Of a DNA stretch of 33,664 nucleotides, positions 8,636 through 16,551 are shown one piece after another. How positions within the stretch are numbered: the stretch's first letter is position 1; each line of letters begins with the position of its first letter. A model generated the notes under the pieces. It had not been told where the DNA came from, did not search any database, and worked only from the letters and a program-made list of their open reading frames with translations. The stretch is from Chloroflexota bacterium (lineage in GTDB: Bacteria; Chloroflexota; Anaerolineae; Anaerolineales; DRKV01): NCBI GenBank assembly GCA_037142095.1, contig JBAXBF010000002.1, forward strand, positions 1 to 33,664, read 5' to 3'. Made by a program: the position numbers and the translations under genes.

Positions 8636-8666
8636 AACACCGGCGATTTATTCCACCGGTGTTTTT
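8636..8666. terminator. Bidirectional intrinsic terminator between the convergent EamA and NrfD-like genes
   Basis: AACACCGG (8636-8643) pairs with CCGGTGTT (8656-8663) around a 12-nt loop. It is flanked by AAATAAAAA upstream and TTTTT downstream, so a U-tract follows on either strand. A weaker hairpin AGAACAA/TTGTTCT lies at 8601-8621. Confidence 0.7.
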
Positions 8667-8688
8667 ATATTAGAATAACATAACGTTC

Positions 8689-9942
8689 TTAGACTGTTTC
8701 GACATGCTTCTCATGATCTTCGTGATGGCGAGTGTAGAAAGGCAAGAAGCGCGCAGCCAGGCTAAAACCCAGTAACCAGTATGAGGTCACACCCGCACCC
8801 ACAAAATATTCTTGCCAGGTCGGCAAATAAGAATTGAGTTTTGCGCTCGGGGTAAACGGATCGTAGGTAATCGAGGCAATAACACCAGAAAAGTTATAAT
8901 CCCAGCGTACCAAAATGACACCAATCACTGCCATCATGGCAACCACGGTACGCAACCGCAGATTACCTCCCTTATTGTAAGTCAATAAAACAAAGCCAGG
9001 GACGACTGCACCAAAAATAATTTGACCAAACCAGAAAGAGAGGGAGTAGGGCGCCACTTTATTAAGCAGGTCGACCTGCGTTACGACATTGATATCGAAA
9101 CTGTAATAATTCGATACTGCCCAATCCCATATCTTCAAATATGCCCCCAGCAATAGGACAACCCCCGCCATTCTAGCAACATCAACCAGGGTTGCATCTG
9201 AAACAAGACCCGGGCGCATGACTCGGAAAACAATAACACTCGCAGCAAATAACAGAGCCAGACCGCCACCCACGGCTGAGAGAACGAACATGACAGGCGC
9301 CGATGGGTCAAACCACAGACCACGCCCGGTTAACACACCGTACGTTGCTCCCAGCGATGCCTGATGCAGCAAAGAAAGCGTTAAACCAATGACAGCCAGA
9401 ACCGGTCCAAAACGATGGAAAACGCCCGCAATCCATCCTAGAAAAGGCAACCGATCAAAAATTGGATGCTCCATCACCGTCGGATATAATTCTAACCCCA
9501 ACACAGTCAGATAGAGTACAACGCACATGGTTATTTCCCATAACAAAGAGTGTGGTTGCCAGAAAATTATCGGATGCCAGAAACGAAAAGGCTGTCCCAG
9601 ATCCAGTAACAATATCATACCCGCTGTGGTATATCCTAGAAATCCAGTTATAACTGCCAGCTTGCCAATATTCTCAAAACGTTTTATCCGTAAGATATAG
9701 ACAATAACCCCCATGGCGAATGCACTTCCCCCTAATGCAATGCTGGACAGGTCAATAACGATCCACAAACCCCATGGAACTTTATTACTCAATCCTGTAA
9801 CACTAAGACCATAGGTCAAAACTTGAAAGGCGCCAATACCGCCCAAAATTAACCCGATCACCAGCAGCCCTATCCAATAAGGAAAGACATCGATCCGCCG
9901 GGATCCTATCCGAAGTTTAGGAAGATGGATTGCTTGTTCCAT
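8689..9942 (-). CDS. NrfD/PsrC-family polytopic membrane subunit (quinone-interacting)
   Basis: 417 aa with about 10 predicted TM helices. AGGAGG RBS. Start lies 3 nt after the stop of the FeS subunit gene. The arrangement matches NrfCD/PsrBC/ActBC-type modules. Confidence 0.85.
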   Translation of the reverse strand: MEQAIHLPKLRIGSRRIDVFPYWIGLLVIGLILGGIGAFQVLTYGLSVTGLSNKVPWGLWIVIDLSSIALGGSAFAMGVIVYILRIKRFENIGKLAVITGFLGYTTAGMILLLDLGQPFRFWHPIIFWQPHSLLWEITMCVVLYLTVLGLELYPTVMEHPIFDRLPFLGWIAGVFHRFGPVLAVIGLTLSLLHQASLGATYGVLTGRGLWFDPSAPVMFVLSAVGGGLALLFAASVIVFRVMRPGLVSDATLVDVARMAGVVLLLGAYLKIWDWAVSNYYSFDINVVTQVDLLNKVAPYSLSFWFGQIIFGAVVPGFVLLTYNKGGNLRLRTVVAMMAVIGVILVRWDYNFSGVIASITYDPFTPSAKLNSYLPTWQEYFVGAGVTSYWLLGFSLAARFLPFYTRHHEDHEKHVETV

Positions 9943-9945
9943 TTT

Positions 9946-10770
9946 CTATGCCTCCTTTGGCGGAATGTAGAAGACTTTAGGATCGGTGCTTAATTCTTCG
10001 CGCAAACGAATGTAGGTTTTTGATTGTGTTAAAGCTTTAGATACTGGACTCTCCGGATCATGCAAATCACCAAAAACACGCGCCTTGGTCGGACATGCCA
10101 CCACACAGGCTGGCGTCGCCTGGATATCCACACCCGGAGTAAGATTACGCTCAATGCCCGCGTCTATTCGGTGCTGGCAAAAAGTACATTTTTCCATGAC
10201 TCCTCTTGGACGGGATTTTACCTCAGCTTGACCGAAAGACGGAATGCGGGGACTTTTACCCTTATGCTCCTTCCAATTAAAAACACGCGCATCATATGGG
10301 CAGGCGACCTGACAATACCGGCATCCGATACACAGATCGTAGTTCATCGTTACAATCCCATCGGGTCGCAAATAGGTAGCATTAACCGGACAGACATGAA
10401 CACAGGGAGGTTCGTCACAGTGCATGCACGGTCGTGAGAGAAAATAAGGCGACCCATTTTTTGTCGTCTCCGTTGTAACAGCGTTATAAATCATATCATC
10501 GTCCAGGTTGTTGGCAGCCTGGCAGGCATAAGTACAATAGTTACAGCCAATACACTTATTAATGTCGATTAGCATTCCCCAACGCTGTTTACCGGCAGTT
10601 TCCCCTGAAGCTGCTCGCTTGGGATCCACTTTCTCCGGTTTGAGAAAGCCAACCGCCGTCAAACCGCCCAACGCAGCCCCTGTTATCAACAGAAAATCAC
10701 GGCGTGATACTCTCTGAAAAATACTTTTCTCCGGATCGTCGCCGTTTTGATCGTTTACTTTCTTCACCAT
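9946..10770 (-). CDS. Tat-exported 4x[4Fe-4S] ferredoxin-type subunit (NrfC/PsrB/HybA-like)
   Basis: Twin-arginine signal SRRDFLLITGAALGG. Four cluster motifs: CIGCNYCTYAC, CMHCDEPPCVHVCP, CIGCRYCQVACP, and CTFCQHR...CVVACP. Confidence 0.9.
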   Translation of the reverse strand: MVKKVNDQNGDDPEKSIFQRVSRRDFLLITGAALGGLTAVGFLKPEKVDPKRAASGETAGKQRWGMLIDINKCIGCNYCTYACQAANNLDDDMIYNAVTTETTKNGSPYFLSRPCMHCDEPPCVHVCPVNATYLRPDGIVTMNYDLCIGCRYCQVACPYDARVFNWKEHKGKSPRIPSFGQAEVKSRPRGVMEKCTFCQHRIDAGIERNLTPGVDIQATPACVVACPTKARVFGDLHDPESPVSKALTQSKTYIRLREELSTDPKVFYIPPKEA

Positions 10771-10829
10771 GCTACCTCCGAAAAGGAATGAACAAATGGA
10801 TCTTGAACTATCATTTCGATCCTCACCAT

Positions 10830-13139
10830 CTATTCATTGCTCTCTTTGTCATCACTCTCTTTACCGGGATCTATACCAATCAGAAGCCATACCACAGCGC
10901 CTCCAATCAAGATACCTAAAAGGACCCCCAACCAGATGGGGAATCCGAGAACCCCGCCTTCTTTGGCAACAAGTTGTTCCACTGTAGACAATGCTACTGC
11001 CGGAGTAGGCGTAACGCCTTTATCAGCCCCCGCTACAGCCGTTGTTGATCCAGAAGGTGTCGGTGAAGAGAAAGAAGCGATTAAATTGGATGCATGTAAA
11101 TTTTCACCATGACAGCGAAGACATGTATCTGCCCCAATTGCGAAGTTATGCCCGGTGCTGAGGTTGGTATAATCATGGCAATCCGTACATTTCAATCCGG
11201 CTTTAAAGTGAGTGGAGTGCGGCACGTCTGCAGCGGCTTTATGATGGCAGCTTTCACAAGTTGCCTTATTGCCGCCTACTAATTTTTGAGATTGCGTGTG
11301 GGCTTCGTGGCAAGCAATACAAGTTATTCCTGCCTCAGCGTGTTTACTTGCTTTCCAATCATTCAAGTGATCCAGATGGCATACGCCGCACACATTCTCT
11401 GAACGATCCACAGCCATCGGAGATCCTGGATGCTGTTTTCCGGATTCTAATGTATGGCAAGCAGCACACCCCACACTTTTCCCGCTATGTTTACTCTGCT
11501 GCCAGGCTTCTGTAATATCTTTATGGCAAGAAATACAGGCTGGAGCATTACTTTCCAAACTCGCCATCTTCAAACCATAAGGTGGGAATTGAGTAAGCCG
11601 CTTGGCATCTTCGGTACTATACCCCAAAGAGACAAAATCTAACCGTCCGCCAGTAGCCGTATGGCAATCTTTACAAGTCAACGTACCGGTTGAAGGCGCA
11701 ATCATATGGTTCTCCACCCGATTATATTCTGCCTCGATAAAACCAAATTGACCGCTGAATTGTGCGTCATTATAAGTCATACCGCTCGCAATGGCTTTAT
11801 TCCAATCATAAGAAGCCCAATAGGCATCCTGGTCTTCAGGTGTAGTGGGATATAAATGCGGAATGACAAGGGTATTATTTCCCGAATCGAACGGAATTTT
11901 CCCTTTAAGTATCTTCACCGGGTAGATCTTTGAATCCTTATCACCGAACTCACCCTGAAATTGATTGATAACAACTGGCTTGCTTGGATCAATCTTCGTC
12001 ATCAAATTCACATACTGGACCTTGCCGTTGAACCATCGATAGCTCGGTACAATATTTTCCTGCCAGGTCAATTCACCTTTTTGAGTGTCATAGATTGGAT
12101 TGCCATTATTATCTTTCTTGATAACTGGTTTACCATCCTCACCCATCGTACCTGCTTTAGACCAATCCCAGGACACCAATGAGGCACTTCCATTCTTTGA
12201 AAACTGTGGAACATGGCATGTTTCGCATGCTAACCGTCCCAGATGATTATTGATGATCTCTTTTGGATGCGGTTTCCCATCATGGCACTGATCACACGTA
12301 ACACGTTCCCCTGCATCTCCTGAATATAGAGTGCCGGAGATTTTATGGTTTGTCGTTTTATGACATTCCGTACATTGGTAATTAAGTCCATCCACCCCCA
12401 TATGGGCATCCACTTTTTTGGTTGTGTTCAAGAGGCTCGGATCAAGATCCGCATGTTTCACGACATCCTTACTACCCCCAGAAAAGTGACAGTTTCCACA
12501 AGTCTGGCGGCTGGTTTTACCCACATTAAGAGCAATAGCACTTAAATCAAGGGCTTCCCATATCTTCCCGTCAAACTCTTTGGGTTCATACGCTGGATTT
12601 CCTGCGCCAGCCGGGAATTTCTTGTATGTACCGGTCGTATCATGGCAAGCCAGGCAGTCCACATTCTCCTGAACCTTAAAATCAAAGGTTTTATCCTTAT
12701 AGTCATAACCAATGTGGCAACTGTTACATCTTGGCTCATTCGAACCAAGTCCAAGAGTTGTATTATTGATAAGATGTCGCTTTCCCAACGAATCGCCTGT
12801 ATTTGGATCAATGACTTCCAACGTCCAATGGCTCGTTTGCATAATCTGGCTGGCGGAATCCTGATGGCAGGAAAGGCACGCCTTGGTCACATCTGGTCCC
12901 GTTGCAAATTTTTGTTGCAAGATCGGGAACTTGGTATGATCAATTTTTACTTCGACCGTCGGTACTGGCGTCGGTGTGGTATCCTGGCTTTGCTTCATTG
13001 GATAAGATGGATTCGCATTCACCTTTGAAAACAACAATCCTTCTCCCAACAGATTAACACTGCCTACGATCAAGAAGGCGGACAGAATCACTACAGCGAT
13101 AACAAGGTTTCGATAATTTTTGTAAGGATGCACAGGCAT
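10830..13139 (-). CDS. Membrane-anchored 15-heme c-type cytochrome: Otr-like octaheme domain fused to a heptaheme domain and a C-terminal TM
   Basis: 15 CXXCH motifs: CLSCH, CNSCH, CLACH, CGNCH, CTECH, CDQCH, CETCH, CKDCH, CISCH, CAACH, CGVCH, CIACH, CESCH, CTDCH, CLRCH. N-terminal TM at aa 12-30. aa 65-520 carry strings I associate with the octaheme tetrathionate reductase family (GPDVTKACLSCH, CLACHDTTGTYKKFPAGAG, CGNCHFSGGSKDVVKHADLD). Pro/Thr/Ser linker, then TM at aa 731-755. Confidence 0.85.
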   Translation of the reverse strand: MPVHPYKNYRNLVIAVVILSAFLIVGSVNLLGEGLLFSKVNANPSYPMKQSQDTTPTPVPTVEVKIDHTKFPILQQKFATGPDVTKACLSCHQDSASQIMQTSHWTLEVIDPNTGDSLGKRHLINNTTLGLGSNEPRCNSCHIGYDYKDKTFDFKVQENVDCLACHDTTGTYKKFPAGAGNPAYEPKEFDGKIWEALDLSAIALNVGKTSRQTCGNCHFSGGSKDVVKHADLDPSLLNTTKKVDAHMGVDGLNYQCTECHKTTNHKISGTLYSGDAGERVTCDQCHDGKPHPKEIINNHLGRLACETCHVPQFSKNGSASLVSWDWSKAGTMGEDGKPVIKKDNNGNPIYDTQKGELTWQENIVPSYRWFNGKVQYVNLMTKIDPSKPVVINQFQGEFGDKDSKIYPVKILKGKIPFDSGNNTLVIPHLYPTTPEDQDAYWASYDWNKAIASGMTYNDAQFSGQFGFIEAEYNRVENHMIAPSTGTLTCKDCHTATGGRLDFVSLGYSTEDAKRLTQFPPYGLKMASLESNAPACISCHKDITEAWQQSKHSGKSVGCAACHTLESGKQHPGSPMAVDRSENVCGVCHLDHLNDWKASKHAEAGITCIACHEAHTQSQKLVGGNKATCESCHHKAAADVPHSTHFKAGLKCTDCHDYTNLSTGHNFAIGADTCLRCHGENLHASNLIASFSSPTPSGSTTAVAGADKGVTPTPAVALSTVEQLVAKEGGVLGFPIWLGVLLGILIGGAVVWLLIGIDPGKESDDKESNE

Positions 13140-13213
13140 TCTCCTTTCATCGGGGCAAAATGTCCCTTAATGGATATGAATGATATTTAAGATAATTCAA
13201 TATATAAGAAAAG

Positions 13214-13241
13214 GGATAGGACACTTTTGCGCCCCATCCCA
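13214..13241 (-). terminator. Candidate intrinsic terminator after the 9-heme cytochrome gene
   Basis: On the - strand: GGGAUGGG-gcgcaaaagugu-CCUAUCCC (8-bp stem with one G-U pair) followed by UUUUCUUAUAUAU. Confidence 0.5.
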
Positions 13242-13292
13242 CATAATTTAATGAAAAATTTTGAGATGGATGATCTATCATTATTCCAGAGA

Positions 13293-13323
13293 TTTACAGG
13301 CACAACTATGTTGTGCCTGTAAA
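13293..13323 (-). repeat. Perfect 14-bp inverted repeat with 3-nt loop, 20 nt past the stop codon of the 9-heme cytochrome gene
   Basis: TTTACAGGCACAAC-TAT-GTTGTGCCTGTAAA. No U-tract follows on the - strand, so it could be an RNA-stabilising stem-loop or a protein-binding palindrome rather than a classical terminator. Confidence 0.5.
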
Positions 13324-13343
13324 CATAAACTATTTGATACTCA

Positions 13344-15404
13344 CTATTTCGAGTACATCAATGAAGCTTTTTCAAGCGGTTTACCAGTCAACTTCTCGTA
13401 AGAAGCTTGCAACAAACCTGCTGACCGGTAGGTGTTGTGGATTGCAGAACCTTTACCTTCGCCGCTCCACATGACGCCATTGACATAACGGAAGTTATAG
13501 ATCGCGCCTTTTATCTCAACGCTAGGCTTGGCATCCTGCGGGAAGACAAAGTAAGGATAACCATCCTGGGTCTTCAATTCGAAGCCCTCAGCTTTCGCTT
13601 TATTGACTATCTCCTTCTTTACCATATCCAAAAGACTCTTGATTTCGGTCTGAGCACCTTCCATCTTACCGTTGCCATCAAGATCTTCATCGACGTTGAA
13701 GTTGAATGTGGTCGCTCCTGGATGGCATTGCTGGCATGGCTCGACATGCTCGACAACCTTCTTATCTTGCTCGGTTACCATCGAGAATGTATGTCCACCG
13801 ATCTTCTGGTGTCCTGGGACTGCCATACTATCCTTGGTATCCCAAACGCCACCGGGTGTGCGGTACATATGGCATAAAACACATGCACCTGGATTCTTAC
13901 CATCATTCACCTGAGTTAAGCCCATATTGCCGGGTTGGTTGGTATGTTCATCGTTGATGACACCCTTGCCAATATTGACATGGTAAGCATTCTTAATTTT
14001 GAAGCCGAAGTCAAATCCACCAATACCTGCAATCTGCTCAGCAGCGGAGCTGTAATGCGGGTAGCCGGGTTTGTCTGTCGTGATGCTCTTTGGATCACTA
14101 TTGCTATTATGACAGAACATACAGTTTGCAGACAGACCAGCATCTTTAATCTCAACAGCACCAACTTTTACAGTATCGACCTGGCGCAATTGGAAAGAAT
14201 TCGCTGGAGCATGTGGATCATGGCAAACTGCGCAGCCAATTTCACCGATCTTCTTGTCTACTTCTTCCGGCTTCACACCGTTAATCGTATCCACAGATCC
14301 TTGAGATGAATGGCACTTGGCACATTCTGCCCGACCATTAGGCGCACCTAAATCTGCAGCTTCTGAATGGGCTGAATTGGCATAGGCTCCGCCGCGTGTA
14401 TGGTGCCCGCTGGCGTTATGGCACTGCGCACATGAACCAAAGCTCACACCAGGAGCAGATTCTTTGCTAGGTTTGGCAACATGTGCCCCTGCTGGACCAT
14501 GGCATGCTTCGCAGCCGATATTGCTGACCGCCTGAACCTTCGGATCGAGGCTGGAGAAAGTGTCCTTTCCTTTTTCCTCATTGAAGGCATTCGTCGCAAT
14601 CATTTGACCAAAAGTCTTCCATTTATCTGGACCGCCAAAGAGTTCCCACCAACCACCGGTGGATTCTTTTATTGGATAATACCCTACAGTATGGCAACGG
14701 GCGCAGCCGTAACCGGCGCTGAAATACTCGCCTTCAGCATTTTCGTTCACGAAGCGTTTAAAGGCAGTACCATGAAGTGTCTTCGACCAACCTTCGTATC
14801 TGTCTTTATGGCAGCCTGCACAGACTTCATTGCCAACGTATTTGGTAACAACGATCTTCTGTTCGCCAGCCGCGCTCTTCGTGCCCTTATCATCCGTAAC
14901 TACCAGACCGACAGCATATTCACCCTCTTTATCAGGGGTAAAGGTTGCCATATCCATCGTAATTCCGAGGACTTCCTTCTCAACCTTGGCAATCGCCGCA
15001 GCCGAGCCATCCGGTCCTTTGATTGTCCAGGCATAATCTTTAAGGGCAGCACCCTGAGCAACACCTGAGGCACTGGCTTTGACATATACAGGTACACCAG
15101 GCGGGACATTCGCCGTGCCTGGGCTGAATACGGCATACGTTTTCTTAGGGTCATCACCGCGCGGTACCAGGATTCCAGTAGGGCGGCCGGTGTCCTTATT
15201 GATCTCGCCCATCGCAGGGTACATTGCCACCACACCAATCTGTGCGGTGAATGGGGGTGGTGTTGCTTCAGCCGGTGCAGGCGCAGGGGTTGGTGTGGGA
15301 CCTGCAGCATAAGTCGGAATATATCCGAACAAACCTACACCGAGAGCAACAGCAAATAATACAATACCTATAATTAGAATAACCTTGTTGTTCATTCGAT
15401 GCAT
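13344..15404 (-). CDS. Membrane-anchored 9-heme c-type cytochrome with an N-terminal Ig/PKD-like domain
   Basis: 9 CXXCH motifs: CAGCH, CARCH, CEACH, CAQCH, CAKCH, CAVCH, CMFCH, CVLCH, CQQCH. N-terminal TM, PTPTPAPAPAEATPPP linker, and YAWTIKGPDGS...TFTPDKEGEYAVGLVVTDDKGTKS (PKD-like pattern). Strong AGGAGG RBS. Confidence 0.85.
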   Translation of the reverse strand: MHRMNNKVILIIGIVLFAVALGVGLFGYIPTYAAGPTPTPAPAPAEATPPPFTAQIGVVAMYPAMGEINKDTGRPTGILVPRGDDPKKTYAVFSPGTANVPPGVPVYVKASASGVAQGAALKDYAWTIKGPDGSAAAIAKVEKEVLGITMDMATFTPDKEGEYAVGLVVTDDKGTKSAAGEQKIVVTKYVGNEVCAGCHKDRYEGWSKTLHGTAFKRFVNENAEGEYFSAGYGCARCHTVGYYPIKESTGGWWELFGGPDKWKTFGQMIATNAFNEEKGKDTFSSLDPKVQAVSNIGCEACHGPAGAHVAKPSKESAPGVSFGSCAQCHNASGHHTRGGAYANSAHSEAADLGAPNGRAECAKCHSSQGSVDTINGVKPEEVDKKIGEIGCAVCHDPHAPANSFQLRQVDTVKVGAVEIKDAGLSANCMFCHNSNSDPKSITTDKPGYPHYSSAAEQIAGIGGFDFGFKIKNAYHVNIGKGVINDEHTNQPGNMGLTQVNDGKNPGACVLCHMYRTPGGVWDTKDSMAVPGHQKIGGHTFSMVTEQDKKVVEHVEPCQQCHPGATTFNFNVDEDLDGNGKMEGAQTEIKSLLDMVKKEIVNKAKAEGFELKTQDGYPYFVFPQDAKPSVEIKGAIYNFRYVNGVMWSGEGKGSAIHNTYRSAGLLQASYEKLTGKPLEKASLMYSK

Positions 15405-15551
15405 AAAATCCTCCTTTCAGAATCGTAAATCACGCCGATGAAACGGGTACCAGTTATAAGATTATACATTGTTTTAGTATATAATAACATAGATGAATTT
15501 ACTTAATTCCATTACACTTTGTTATGACATTAACCTTGCTTTAACTTATGA

Positions 15552-15570
15552 AACTAAGACCTACTTAGTT
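15552..15570. promoter_or_regulatory. Inverted repeat AACTAAG-N5-CTTAGTT, candidate LysR-type (T-N11-A) box
   Basis: Lies in the AT-rich 198-bp divergent intergenic region, 33 bp upstream of the LysR start codon. The core TAAG-N5-CTTA fits the T-N11-A architecture. Confidence 0.35.
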
Positions 15571-15602
15571 ATGATTAGACTTATTATTAGAGATACATAG
15601 AA

Positions 15603-16520
15603 ATGCTTGATCTTCAAGAACTCGTCGTTTTTTTATCTGCCGCCGATAACGGCAATTTCAGTGAAACTGGGCGCACATTACACCTCTCGCAGCCTGCAGT
15701 CAGCCAGATTATCCGTAATCTGGAGATTCGCTTGGGAACTAAATTATTCATTCGCAAGGGCAGGACGATCCGTCTGACCGAAGCAGGAATTGCCCTTATC
15801 CCTATGGCAAAGGAATTACTTTCCTGTGCTAACCGTTTAAAAACGGATATCACTTCTTTACATGGAGAAATCAATGGCGAGATCAATATTGGTTGTTCAA
15901 CTTGTTCGGGGCGTTATGTCTTATTAGACTATATTCAAGGCTTCCTGGAATTGTTCCCTCAGGTAAGATTCAATGTTCGAACTTGTAAGCGCGATTCTGC
16001 ATTGGATTATTTGGTAAAAGGACAGGTGGATATTGGAATTGTTGATGGGCGCATCGACCATCCTGATATTGAAAGTATCCTTATTCTCAAAGACAAAATC
16101 AGCCTGATCGTTCCTGCTAAACATCCTTTGGCTAAACATCCCAGAATATCCTCGCAAAGCTTGTTAGAACAACCAGTCATTATTAGAGAAGAGGGATCAG
16201 AAATTCGCGATGTTACCATCAAATCGTTGTATGAACACCGTATCAGCATCGACATGCTGCATATCGTTTTAATTATTGACAATTCCGAAGCCATCTTACG
16301 TGCAGTCGAAAAAGGAATTGGAATCGCTTTCCTTCCTCAAGCCACTGCCTCCGAAGCAATTAAATCCGGACGGGTTGTGGAAATTGAGATTTCTGGTCTC
16401 ACCTTGGAACGCGAACTTTTTGCCGTCCGTAACAGAAAACAACCGCTGCCGCGCACTCAGATAGAGCTATGGGATTATATTCTTAATTTACAAACGAAGG
16501 ATACGATTACCAGCGAATGA
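15603..16520 (+). CDS. LysR-family transcriptional regulator
   Basis: N-terminal wHTH FSETGRTLHLSQPAVSQIIRNLE plus a ~200 aa substrate-binding-type C-terminal domain; 305 aa. Divergent from the multiheme cytochrome cluster. Confidence 0.9.
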   Translation: MLDLQELVVFLSAADNGNFSETGRTLHLSQPAVSQIIRNLEIRLGTKLFIRKGRTIRLTEAGIALIPMAKELLSCANRLKTDITSLHGEINGEINIGCSTCSGRYVLLDYIQGFLELFPQVRFNVRTCKRDSALDYLVKGQVDIGIVDGRIDHPDIESILILKDKISLIVPAKHPLAKHPRISSQSLLEQPVIIREEGSEIRDVTIKSLYEHRISIDMLHIVLIIDNSEAILRAVEKGIGIAFLPQATASEAIKSGRVVEIEISGLTLERELFAVRNRKQPLPRTQIELWDYILNLQTKDTITSE

Positions 16521-16551
16521 AAGAATGTTCCACAGGCAGGAATCGATGGAC

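Noticed and set aside
13131-13139. An alternative GTG start (codon 3) for the 15-heme cytochrome. The annotated ATG lies only 2 nt after the GGAG core.
   Set aside because: It changes the product by only two residues, and I cannot decide between the two starts from sequence alone. I kept the ATG start.
13437-15312. A series of + strand ORFs (for example 13437-13877, 14481-15068 and 15079-15312) lies inside the 9-heme cytochrome gene. Similar antisense ORFs occur inside ccmF (428-748), the 15-heme gene (10837-13028), hemY, hemL and the ABC permease (30979-31425).
   Set aside because: All lie antisense to, or out of frame within, long ORFs that have strong family motifs. Their translations are low-complexity or Arg/Ser/Cys-rich with no recognisable domains and no RBS. 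They are typical shadow ORFs.
16521-16551. I looked for a terminator between the convergent LysR and hemY genes, which are 31 bp apart.
   Set aside because: Only a 4-bp stem (TTCC...GGAA) is present and there is no U-tract. I cannot support a terminator call. Termination may be Rho-dependent or may occur within the opposing gene.
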